Source: Paraspadella gotoi
Lineage: Eukaryota; Animalia; Chaetognatha
Direction of reading: 5' to 3'
Length of the DNA stretch: 32,823 nt
Assembly (NCBI GenBank): GCA_051294375.1
Contig: CM119265.1
Coordinates: 28,156,032 to 28,188,854, forward strand
How positions within the stretch are numbered: position 1 is the stretch's first letter; each line of letters begins with the position of its first letter. The translations under genes were made by a program, and so were the position numbers. The notes beneath the pieces were generated by a model. It saw only the letters and a program-made list of their open reading frames with translations, had not been told where the DNA came from and made no database searches. Below, piece by piece: positions 12,901 through 23,291 of the stretch.

Positions 12901-13735
12901 TGTTGAGTGGCATGCGCCACACAGCAGATACAATATAGATATTCCAATAACCTAATTATCTTAAGTAGCATGTTACTTATATGTTAAACAAATGAACAAC
13001 ACAATTATACACAGATAGATTGCACTAGCTATCTCAACATATGTTTCACTATTGTTAACTAATTTCTCTTTATTCTCTTTTCTCTCTTCAAGGAAAAGAA
13101 TTGTCAAATGACTACAAATAAGTTTTATGCATGTTTATTACTGTTAATGCTTTATTTGCTATTGTTGTGCATATAGTATGTTATAGCTGCTTGCTGACAA
13201 AAGCAACTGAATATCTATATGCTTTGATTATTTTATTAAGGTCTGCTTTTTATAAATTAACCAAGCAAGTTGGTTAGAGACAATTTTATTAATAAACAAT
13301 AAACTAACGGCGCCACGAGAACTACGCCAACGTCAACGTCTCCCATTTCCGGTCAACGTCTTTCCCTTAGCTGAATGCCCGTGGCGACGTTCCGCTCATA
13401 CCGGTTGATCGCCCACAAGTATTTATACACAAAAAAACGTCAAATAGTTATTTATCATTTAAAAAAAATCTGAGTAAGTCTATCTCAACTCAGTAAAGTA
13501 CAGCAGTGGTTTCTTTCGTATCATCGGATTTGGCTCATGGGTTTTTAAAAATGTTTAAATTTTCGTTTGAGCAGGTCTTGATTCAAATTTCTTCTAACCA
13601 CCTTACTGATTAGGCTACTCCTATTTACACCAATAGTTCTTTTTTATTAATATAATTTATTTTAATGTTTTTGGGTGTTTTCTTTTTATTCCACGGGATA
13701 TTCAAAGAAGTGAATGAGTAAATCTATGGCTCGGG

Positions 13736-13740
<5 letters not shown>

Positions 13741-13802
<62 letters not shown>

Positions 13803-13875
13803 AGAAATATTGATTGGGCTTTTGGACGTGGCACTTAAAGCACCTTCCCATTCCAGTCTAGATCAATGGGGAAAA

Positions 13876-13937
<62 letters not shown>

Positions 13938-14044
13938 AGAAAAAAGAAGAAGAATAAAGTGAGAGACTCAACTACCCATAGTATCGATTTATTCATAGAA
14001 AACGTTCGAGTTTCTCTCGCTTGATTTCATCGTCTCCCTTCCTC

Positions 14045-14102
<58 letters not shown>
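13741..14102. repeat. (CT)n and (GA)n microsatellites
   Basis: Seen at about 13740-13800, 13880-13933 and 14048-14102. Confidence 0.9.
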
Positions 14103-14104
<2 letters not shown>

Positions 14105-14258
14105 GTGTGTGTTTAAAAACAAATCTAAATAAACTTTGATTTGAATGTTGAGATAAGAAATCATAAAAAAATAAATGATAATAAGAAAAAGTTTATTATA
14201 AAGCAATTTGTAGAGGGTTTTACAAGTGCATCTTTTATTTTTATATTCCAATATTTTC

Positions 14259-14492
14259 AAGAGACAGTTATTATTGTTATGTGTTAGTGACAGAACCGTT
14301 CAATATAAGCAGTCCCTGAGCTTCGGATCAGGCTGTAACATCGTGTTACAGGCGGGTTAAGCGACCCGTCCCTCTTAACTGCTAGGTGGCCACAGAGCGA
14401 GAACCCCGGACCTTTGGGTTAGGAGGCGAATTACTTGTCAACGGCTCCAATGGCCACTGATGAACGGTTGGTGGATTTTAGTCCACCATAAT
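14259..14492 (-). mobile_element. Interspersed repeat containing a tRNA-like segment, copy 1 (SINE-like; tRNA-like segment 14386-14457)
   Basis: Seen: about 235 bp, highly similar to 20970-21203. The minus strand holds a 72-nt segment GTGGCCA...GGGTTCTCGCTC..TGGCCAC with a 7-bp acceptor-like stem and A/B-box-like motifs. A short copy of its end lies at about 14611-14652. Confidence 0.75.
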
Positions 14493-14870
14493 TTCAATTC
14501 TAAACGATGAAACATTTTTCAAGGAAGTCCAGAGTCCTTCAACGACAAGAAAAAGTTTAGTTTATATTTATTAAATGATTGGATAATTTTTATATTGGTT
14601 GTACCATTTTCATGGCCACAGATGAACGGTTGTTGTATTTTAGTCCATCATACTTGCATCAAAAGCCGAAACCTGTCCGTTTCTATTTTAAAAATAAAAT
14701 TCGTTAAAATAGTTCAAAACTTTGCCATTTTCTAATATTTGATTTAAAAATATTTATTATCACATTAAAGCTCGGAAAAATGTCATTCTATGATCGAAAT
14801 AAAAAACTGTAAGTTAATTAGAAAATAAATTGAAATGAATAAAAAAAACTATAAATATAAAAATATAATA

Positions 14871-14965
14871 GAATTTTGTGCATTGAATACAATTTTCCGA
14901 GTTACTGATTTTCATATTTATTATGTTTCCGTTTTACCAACGTATTAAAGGCAAAGAGCGAGAGC
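14871..14965 (+). promoter_or_regulatory. Proximal promoter of lectin gene 1, with TATA-like TATTAAA at 14943-14949
   Basis: Seen: aligns with 27998-28097 upstream of lectin gene 2 and lies about 80 bp before the ATG. Confidence 0.6.
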
Positions 14966-15026
14966 GTCTCCCAAGTGAGGACAGAACTCAAGAAAAATCA
15001 AAATTACGAGAAAAGAAGAAAAAAAA

Positions 15027-15087
15027 ATGAAGATGATTATTCTCCTCTTCGCTCTTTCAGCGACCCTTGGCATCAATTTTATTGAAG
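15027..15087 (+). CDS. C-type lectin-like gene 1, exon 1 (signal peptide MKMIILLFALSATLGINFIE)
   Basis: Seen: ATG after an A-rich leader, a hydrophobic peptide and a phase-1 donor G|GTAAC. Similar to gene 2 exon 1. Confidence 0.8.
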
Positions 15088-15116
15088 GTAACAATTTCCA
15101 AAACACTTTGCTTTCT

Positions 15117-15368
15117 CTAAAAAAGAGTTATCTTTCTTTATATCTACTTTTCATGATGAATCTAAATCTGCAAAAAAATCTTACAAAGAAATATTTTAAA
15201 ATTTAACATTTATAGGATTAGTACTATGTATAAATATAGCCTACTGCGTAAATTGTAAAATTTATATTAAAATTTTTTTATACAAAAATGTTCATTAGTA
15301 TAATGTTGTTCGTTTCTTACTTTTAGAATTTTATTTTGAGTTAAATTTAGAATTTTTACTACGCTTTA
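15117..15368 (-). mobile_element. Truncated inverted copy of the 15946-16560 MITE
   Basis: Seen: reverse complement of about 15946-16195, ending ...TTTTACTACGCTTTA. Confidence 0.7.
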
Positions 15369-15650
15369 GTGGGTAGGGATTCCCTACTAGGGAAGTATGT
15401 GATTGAGCTGAATATGAAGTTTTGATGGAATCGTGCGAGAGGAAATGAGTTTAAATGGAAAAAACAAAGAAAAATATTTCAGTACTTGAACGCCAATTAC
15501 TCGACAGTGCATGGGGCGATTGACTTGATTTTTTTATGTGGGTAGGAAAGTGTGTGATTAGACTGGAAATTTAGTTTTGATGGAATAGTTTGAGTGAAAA
15601 TGAGTTTAAATGGAAAAAAACGCAAAAAAACCTGTTTTACTAATTGATTA
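15369..15650 (+). repeat. Fragment of the 160-180-bp GTGGGTAG..AAGTGTGTGATTGAGCTGGATAT repeat (DINE-1-like element interior)
   Basis: Seen: the same unit occurs at about 545-615, 18460-18600 (minus), 31430-31880 and 32340-32823. Confidence 0.7.
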
Positions 15651-15945
15651 TGCTAATTTGTTTTATATTAAATTAAATCAAGATGTATTAATTAATCAAA
15701 TAATTAATAAGTTAATTAATCAATTAACAATCAATTAATCAAAAACTACTTAATCAGTCAATTATTCATTTAATATATTATTCAATAAATTTTTTTTTAT
15801 CTATTAATTAATTATTCAATCAATTAATTTATTTATCAATTAATAATTATATCAATCAATCAATCAATCAAGTAAGTCAATCGTTATCACAATTATTGTC
15901 GTCGCCATCATCGTCATCGTTGCTTTTGTCATGGTCACTGGTCAG

Positions 15946-16560
15946 TAAGGCGTAGTAAAATTTCTAAATTTAACTTTAATTAAAATTCTAAAAGTGAGGA
16001 ACGAACAACATTATACTAATAAACATTTATATATAAAAAAAATTTATAATAAATTTTACAATTTACGTAGTAGGCCATATTTATACTAGTATTAAACCAG
16101 TAAATGTTAAAATTTCAAAACAGTTTTTTCTAAGATTTTTTGCAGATTTGGATTCGTCATAAAAAGTTGATAAAAAGAAATATAACTTTTTTTGAAAATT
16201 TTATTTATTAAGTGGGTCAAAAATTAAAAAAGCTATATTTTAAGCTGAAAATTAATTTTTTATATATTAAATATAGTTTTTTTAATTTTTAACCCAAATG
16301 AAAGAATTTTAAAAATGATTTATTTTTTCTTTTATCAACTTTTGACGAAGAATTCAAATCTGAAATTAAAATGAAGAAAAGCCTATTTTGAAATTTTTCG
16401 ATTTTATAAGGATAGTACTATATATTGTCAATATAAATATAGCCTACTGCGAAAATTAAAAAACATAAAATTAATTTTTTTTACAAATTAATATTTACTG
16501 ATGGTATGTTGTTCATAATGGACGTTTAGAATTTTCGTATGTAACTTTCACTACGCCTTA
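15946..16560. mobile_element. hAT-type MITE (615 bp) with 8-bp TSD CTGGTCAG, in intron 1 of lectin gene 1
   Basis: Seen: TIR TAAGGCGTAGT...ACTACGCCTTA, TSD at 15938-15945 and 16561-16568, and long imperfect internal inverted symmetry. An 8-bp TSD with TA-start TIRs fits hAT (established). Confidence 0.85.
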
Positions 16561-16745
16561 CTGGTCAGTGACGAAAAGACCTCAAAACAAACATTGAAAT
16601 TAACTTGAATTAATTAAAAAAAAATAATTAATTACCGCTAACGATCGTGGGCAGATCCAACATTGTTTGCTCAAACTTGTCACGTGTCAACCTTCTCTTC
16701 CAAAACAACGAACCTTTACAATCCCCCCCCAACATTTTTTTTCAG

Positions 16746-17081
16746 CCGTCCAAGAAATCCCAGAAGGCTATAAAATGTACGAAGATGGTTTTTATTACAA
16801 GTTTCAAGATCAAGGGATGACATTTAAGGAGGGATCGGATGCCTGCCTAAAGGAGGGCGCTGAATTGGTTATCATTGATAACGACAAAACCAAGGACATT
16901 GTTAACAGTTTCGTCCCCATGTACTACTTTTGGATCAATCCTAAATCAAAGCCATTCTTCGCTGCTCGTGACGGTCGAATGGGTCCATGCACAGATATGA
17001 TTAACGGCCAAAAGAATCCCGAGAATCCTAAGCCGTGTGACTACTTTGAACTTAGCGTGCTCTGCCAGTTTCGAAAAAAAG
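16746..17081 (+). CDS. C-type lectin-like gene 1, exon 2 (divergent CTLD lacking EPN/WND)
   Basis: Seen: acceptor TTTTTTTCAG|CC and donor G|GTAAAT, 336 nt, phase 1-1. Translation AVQEIPEGYKMYEDGFYYKF...DACLKEGAELVIID...FWIN...PCT...PCD...VLCQF has the four canonical Cys and aligns with the gene 2 domains. Confidence 0.88.
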
Positions 17082-17467
17082 GTAAATAGGAAAAATGAAA
17101 TTATAATTATTCCTAACCATCGACCAAACCAGCCCGAGCGCGAGTCTCGTGTCTCGTCAGCCACGCATTCATCCTCCTCTTCCTCCTACCAGCACCCAGG
17201 GCTCGAGGCTCACTCAGTTTTTCACTTCTCCTTCTCGACATCCATTTCTCTCCTCTCTCTACCTCTCTCTACTCCTCCGATTTTCCCTCCATTTCTTTTT
17301 TTTGATGTCCTTTTTGCTTTCTCAGTAGTACATATATTCTATAATTATAATATATATATATAATATATAATATAATATATATAATTATATAATTTATTTT
17401 TGTATATCAGAATAAGGCGCTTCGAGGGCAGAAGAGCGCTATTCACCATTTCTTTAACGACTCGAGC

Positions 17468-17570
17468 AGCCATGGAACGGGTAGGATTGATTAATTATTA
17501 AAAGTATTAATTAATTAATTAATATTAATTAATATTAATTAATTATTAAAAGTAGCCATGGAACGGGTAG
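17468..17570. mobile_element. 69-bp AT-rich insertion flanked by a perfect 17-bp direct repeat
   Basis: Seen: AGCCATGGAACGGGTAG at 17468-17484 and 17554-17570 around a (TAAT)-rich insert. Confidence 0.7.
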
Positions 17571-17906
17571 AAGGCTTTGAAATTCGTCACGCTTACTAAA
17601 AAGGGAGGGCGCTATTAGCCTTTGATCCTGCTACCCACCGGATCAAAACTGAAAGATTCGGGTTTATCGGCTGAGTGAATTTCGTACAATGCCTGACCAG
17701 TGCATTTAAGTAAATAGACAGGGTTTTGAACGTGAAACCAAAGTGGAATTTATTGATATAAAAACAGATATGAAGACGGTGTCAATTTTGGACAGAATGC
17801 CAGGATACAAAATCTACATCTATTTATACAGAGCAAGTGGATCAGAGACATTGGTAAATTTTACAGCCTCTTCGCTCATTGGCCGCTTCCATCTGAGTCT
17901 CGGCCA

Positions 17907-18037
17907 ATCAGAGAGCTCGATTCCATTCTGGTAATTTCTTCCCGAGCCTCCGATCCGGTTCCGTCTCTGTATCAGAGAGCTCGATTCCATTTCAGTGATT
18001 TCTCCCCGAGCTTCTGATCCGGTTCCATCTCTGTATC
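17907..18037. repeat. 64-bp tandem duplication (2 copies)
   Basis: Seen: ATCAGAGAGCTCGATTCCATT...GATCCGGTTCC.TCTCTGT starting at 17907 and 17971. Confidence 0.85.
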
Positions 18038-18187
18038 TTCTGTGATGAGTGACCACACATACTTAAAAGATGAATTAAGAACAGTTCAGCGCAAAATCAT
18101 CGAAGCGAATGTTAAAATCATCGCGGGCAGATCCCGCATTCTTTGCTCAAACTCAAACTCAAACTCAAACTCAAACTCAAAGTAGCT

Positions 18188-18791
18188 ACACACAAAATTT
18201 CAATCCAATCCATCCATTCAATCACGAGTAATTGGAGTTTAATGCTAAGGTGAGACGGACGGACAGACAGACCGACGGATGGATGGACGGACGGACATCA
18301 TTTTTTTTTTTGCATAATTTATCATAATTCGATGTTCTGACATGATATAAGTGAATGCCCGACAAGATTGAGGGGGCGGACCGACGGACCAACAAAGTGG
18401 ATTATAGAGTCGGGATATGCTGATAAGCTGATAAGCAGATCCGATTAAAAAGAAAAAGAAGTATAATCAATTAGAGAAACAGGTTTTTTTGTTTTTTCTA
18501 TTTAAACTCATTTCCACTCGCACGATTCATTGAATCTTCATATCCAGCTCAATCACACACTTCCCTACCCACACACAAAATTTCATTCCAATCCATCCAT
18601 CCAATCACGAGTAATTGGTGTTTTTTTACCAAGGGTGGACGGACGGACATCATTTTTTTTGCATAATTTATCATAATTCGATATTTTGACATGATATAAG
18701 TGAATGCCCGACAATATTGAGGGGGTAGACTGACGGACCGATAAAGTGCATCATAGAGTCGGGATCTGCTGATAAGCAGATCCAACTAAAA
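18188..18791 (-). mobile_element. Two tandem Helentron/DINE-1-like non-autonomous elements in intron 2 of gene 1
   Basis: Seen: each copy starts (minus strand) TTTTA.T.GGATCTGCTTATCAGC...TCCCGACTCTAT (5' inverted repeat), followed by a (GTCC)n microsatellite and the GTGGGTAG repeat. Same family as the copy at 31182. The HINE label is inferred from architecture. Confidence 0.65.
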
Positions 18792-18996
18792 TCAAAAAAA
18801 GATTTTGTATTGATATTTTTAATAAAAATACATGAAAAAATAATGTTTTTAAAAATACAAACAAATATAATAATATCGAACAATGAATTTTTTTTACGCC
18901 TGGAACAGTTACGCTACGCCATTTTTCAATGTGTAATATCCATAATAACCAAAATGATAATTTGTAATATGTCTAGTCTAATATTCATCTTTTCAG

Positions 18997-19274
18997 GGCC
19001 TAAATCCTGGTTTTGCTCAGTGAAAGACAAAAACAACGCTATGACAGTCGTGGCCAAGACGACTTACCTTGAAAAGGCCCAGGCCGCCTTGGGTATTGGC
19101 AACCAAAACAACAAGCAGGCAATCATTCCAATGATGGATCTCAAAGCAGGGGATCCCCACGACCTCGACACGTCCTGGGTTGGTGGTTCCATTTATTGGG
19201 ATGACTATCCTCACATCAACCGGATGAGATCAGCTTGCGAGAAATCGGGGATGGAGGACGTGGAATGGATATAG
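18997..19274 (+). CDS. C-type lectin-like gene 1, probable last exon encoding an unrecognised domain of about 92 aa
   Basis: Seen: acceptor ATCTTTTCAG|GG in phase 1, matching the exon 2 donor. GC-richer, coding-like sequence GPKSWFCSVKDK...WVGGSIYWDDYPHINRMRSACEKSGMEDVEWI*. Spliced CDS is 61+336+278 = 675 nt, or 224 aa plus stop. Confidence 0.7.
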
Positions 19275-19548
19275 AAGAGGAAGAGGATGAGAGGAAGGAA
19301 GAAGAGGAAGAGGAGGAGAGGAAGGAAGAGGAAGAGAGGAAGGATGAAGAGGAAGAGGAAGAGAGGAAGGATAAAAAGGAAGAGGAAAAGAGGAAGAGTG
19401 AAGAGGAAGAGAGGAAGGATAAAAAGGAAGAGGAAAAGAGGAAGAGTGAAGAGGAAGAGAGGAAGGATCAAAAGGAAGAGGAAAAGAGGAAGAGTGAAGA
19501 GGAAGAGGAGGAGAGGAAGGACGAAGAGGAAGAGGAAGAGAGGAAGGT
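19275..19548. repeat. Purine-rich (GAA/GAG) minisatellite directly after the stop codon
   Basis: Seen: GAAGAGGAAGAGAGGAAGGAT-type units. Confidence 0.85.
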
Positions 19549-20969
19549 ATATATGTGATATCAAACTTCATTCATCGTGATTTTAGTGATGAAGATGAAG
19601 ATTTTTTTCTTCCAAAATGAAGAAAGTCAAATCCGGTCATGAAATATTTAAATTTGTATTTTAAAATTTTAGCTTATTATATACTTATTACTATAAAAAT
19701 GCTCATTTCCGACAAGAAAGATGATATTATAGAAAAAAAATCGTCATCACCATTAAATTCTTTGTACTTTTTTACAGTAAAATTGCGATTAATGAAGTTT
19801 GATGTCTTATATTTTGATATCTTTAAATTAGTAGGAACGGGTTGAGAAGGAGAAGTTTTAAAGTGTTCAATCGATTGATTTTGAATTTAAAAAAAAGAAA
19901 TTGTAATTGCATCTTGTCACATTATTAATAAAAATAACACTATAGATTTAAAAAAAAATCTTTTATTTGTATAGCTTTATTAGCCATAATAGTTTGATCA
20001 AAAATATTTAGTACAAAAATAGGAAAATAAAGAAAGAATATTAAATAAAAGTAAGAAAGAGAAAAAAAGAAGAAAGAGAGAAAGAATAAAAGAAGGAAAG
20101 AAAGATAGAAAGAAAAAATAAACAAAGAAAGAGAGAAGGAAAGACAGCAAGAAAGAAATAGCATAAAATAAAAAGTAAGGAAAGACCTTTTATGGTCTTT
20201 CAGTCCCTCGATTGATCGTCGTTATGTCTGTCTGTTCGTCCATCGGTTTATAACTCATGTAAAACTTTATCAATTTAATTTATATTTGGTAGGAAGGTAA
20301 GGTACCATAAGAGCTTTAATGCGAATAACATGCACACGTATTATATTAGTTCAGTCACGTGATAACCTAAAATTGATCACATGACAAGAAATTTAATGCT
20401 GCAATTACATGGATTTTACTCGAGTCACGGATCCGATTTCGATTCTAGAGTTTTGATTCCTCTGAGATGGCTATATAACTCATGATAAATCATTTTAGTT
20501 AATGTTAATTTCTTTTTTTGTACATTTGTTTAATATTTGTGTAGTTACAAGACCACACAAAACTAAGATGGTCACGTGATAAGAAATTAAAGCTTTTTTG
20601 GGTAATATTTGGTTTTTTTGCCTAAAACTTGACATAGATGTAGTTAACCGTTATATCCTTTTAGTGAATTTGTGATTATCGGAAAATGCATCCACGATTA
20701 CATGCACGGGCGCCGCAATTTGAACCTGCCCGTTCTTATTTTAATTTCTCATAGATAAAAAATTTAAAACATAAATCATGTTCGTTAACAAACAAATTTT
20801 GATAAATACATTTTTACAGGCAAATGTTTTTTTACATTTAATCATTGAGTCATATTTAATGTGTAATAAAATAAATACAAATTTAAAATTATTTAGGGTT
20901 AATGGTAAGTTTGGGTTAAGATTAAGTTTAAAATTAAGTTACAGCTTAAGAAATAAGTATATGATAGTG

Positions 20970-21203
20970 AAGAGACAGCAATTATTGTTATGTGTTAGTG
21001 ACAGAACCGTTCAATATAAGCTGTCCCAGAGCTTCGGATCAGCCTGTCACACTGTGTTACAGGCGGGTTAAACGCCCCATCCCTCTTAACTGCTAGGCGG
21101 CCAGCGGGCTAGAACCCCGGACCTTTGGGTTGGGAGGCGAATGACTTGCCTCCGGCACCAATGGCCGCTGATGAACGGATGTTGGATTTTAGTCCACCAT
21201 AAT
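20970..21203 (-). mobile_element. Interspersed repeat containing a tRNA-like segment, copy 2 (tRNA-like segment 21097-21168)
   Basis: Seen on the minus strand: GCGGCCATTGGTGCCGGAGGCAAGTCATTCGCCTCCCAACCCAAAGGTCCGGGGTTCTAGCCCGCTGGCCGC (72 nt, perfect 7-bp acceptor stem). TCGCCTCCCA resembles the anticodon arm of tRNA-Gly. Confidence 0.75.
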
Positions 21204-21601
21204 AGTTTCAAAAAGTAATATCATTATAATAATTAATTTATAAAAAATATAATAGTGCGGAAAACTACGATAAAGGGAGTAAACAGTTTACTATGAGGGA
21301 ATACAATGATATACGTAAAAAGGCAAATAAATAATGGTTACAGAGTAAAGAGACCAAAACGATTTTACGGAATGAAAGGTTGAATTGTTTGTGTCCCTCG
21401 TGGCTACGGCCATGACTGAAGAAACCCGTTGAAGCCCGGGACGACGAGACTAATGACCTGAGGTGTTGAGATCATGTGGCCGTGGAAGGAAAGGAGAGAG
21501 ATAGTAGAGCTACGCTCGGCCTCATCCCCCATCAAGTCACACAGGTGCCGTCTCCATGAATTGATAAAGGGTCACTACCGACCTATTACACTGATCTAGT
21601 A

Positions 21602-22654
21602 TACTAGATTGGCGGGCGAATGAGGAGTTAGAGAATTTTGTAGGGTGGTACTTATAATTTTGAGTTTTTTTGTAATAGATTGGCGGGGCGAATGAGGGAG
21701 TTAGGGAATTTTGCAGGGTGGTGCTTATTAGGGCGTTGAAAAATAACGAAATATAACAAATCAAGTGAGGGACATAGATATTTTAATGTAATAAAGTCTG
21801 TAGAATTCGATGATGATAACATTTTTTGTATAGTCTCATCTTCTTTGTCGGAAAAGGCGATTTTTGCAGCATATAAGGTGCTATTAAAATGGAGAAAACA
21901 TCGTAGAGTATAAGAAACTCAAATTATTAAGATTTTATAAAAGCCATATTTAACTTACATTATATGAAAATAAAGACCCATATAAATATTTTAGTAAGTT
22001 TATTTACAAATTTTATATTTTATTAATAGTTTGTTAGCTATATTTATTAAAAAATAATAATAAAAAATAAGCTAAAGTAAAAAAATTAAAATTTTAAAAT
22101 TTTAAAACCGGATTTGAATTCCTTACAAAAAGTTGATATAAGAAAGTATAATCCATTTTAAAAAAATTCTTTCATTAAGTAGGTTAAAAATATTAAAAAC
22201 TTATTTTTGTTTAATTTTTTTAATTTTTGGCTTAAAATTATAGTTTTTCTGAATTTTGTCCTACTTAATGACATAATTTTGATATAAAAATTATATTTTC
22301 TTATATCAACTTTTTGCAAAGAATGCAAATCCATGAAAAAAAATTTGAATTTATTATTTTTTAACATTAGCCTAATTTTTACTCATAATTATTATTAAAT
22401 ATAGTTAACTAACATTTTATAAAACATAAAATTTAGAAATAAACTTACCAAAATATTTTTATAAGTCTTTATTTTTATATTTCAAAAGCTCATATAAATT
22501 TTATAAAATTTTAATAATTTGATTTATCATAACTTATTTGTTATATTTTGTTATTTTTCAACGCTCTAGTGCTTATAATTTGAGCCTTTGTGTACTAGAT
22601 TGGCGGGGCGAATGAGGAGTTAGGGAATTTTGCAAGGTGGTGTTATAATTTGAG
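21602..22654. repeat. Minisatellite of about 72 bp (3 copies), copy 2 interrupted by a MITE
   Basis: Seen: TAGATTGGCGGGGCGAATGAGGAGTTAGGGAATTTTGCAGGGTGGTGCTTATAATTTGAG at about 21605, 21676 and 22596. Confidence 0.85.
21729..22568. mobile_element. hAT-type non-autonomous element A1 (840 bp) with 8-bp TSD GTGCTTAT
   Basis: Seen: TIR TAGGGCGTTGAAAAATAACGAAATATAA versus TTATATTTTGTTATTTTTCAACGCTCTA. TSD at 21721-21728 and 22569-22576. The uninterrupted minisatellite units show the empty site. Confidence 0.88.
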
Positions 22655-23291
22655 CACCTTATATGCTGAAAAAATCGCCATTTCCGACAGAGAAGATGAG
22701 ACTATACAATACACTGTTTTTTTTAACCATGCAGTCGAAAATTTTTACAATCCTGTACAGTTTCTAGTATAATTTTAAGGTGCTTAAAACGATTAACAAG
22801 GTGTCGTCAATCAGATTTTGCGTTAGACCTACGCACAATTGACCGGAAGTTGACGTTGACTACAAAATGGAATTTTCTCTTTTCTTTAATTGCAAGATAA
22901 GAAAATAGTTTTATAAAAATAATAATTGCCTAAATTTTATGTTACTCTCAATATTTAATAGGTTTTACTTTAAATTTTTTTTAAAAAAAAGGTTCTTACC
23001 ATAGTGGGCGTGTCCAAAACCGGAAATGATGCTCAAAAACTGATAAAATACGCAATATTAATAGTTTTTGATCTACTATAAATATAATGGTTTTTTATTA
23101 TCATATGATAGTTGTATCACAAAGAATTATCATATATATCATAAAAAACTATCATAGCTCTAAATAGACAAAAAAAATATCAGTTACAAAAGATTCGTTT
23201 CTTAATAACTTAAAATTCAGAATTAATTCGTTGTTGAAGAGACATCATATGCACAGGAGATAATGATTTAGTATTAAGCATATAAACTTTT

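Noticed and set aside
14457-14515. CTGATGA hammerhead core in the tRNA-containing repeat
   Set aside because: No GAAA directly follows a stem II, and the downstream GAAAC is not shared by the second copy.
17743-18056. Short ORFs in intron 2 of gene 1 as possible extra exons
   Set aside because: They have no recognisable motif, they overlap a 64-bp tandem repeat, and exon 2 splices in phase to 18997 without them.
21097-21168. Functional tRNA-Gly gene
   Set aside because: The anticodon and D stems pair poorly, the T-loop is non-canonical, and it is embedded in a longer dispersed repeat.
21405-21484. Possible hammerhead ribozyme (stem TACGGCCA..CATGA, CTGAAGA, CCCG/CGGG stem, TCATG..TGGCCGTG)
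   Set aside because: The GAAA and NUH core elements are absent (GAGAC, no cleavage triplet) and stem III is poor. At most it is a decayed remnant, and an Infernal search would settle it.
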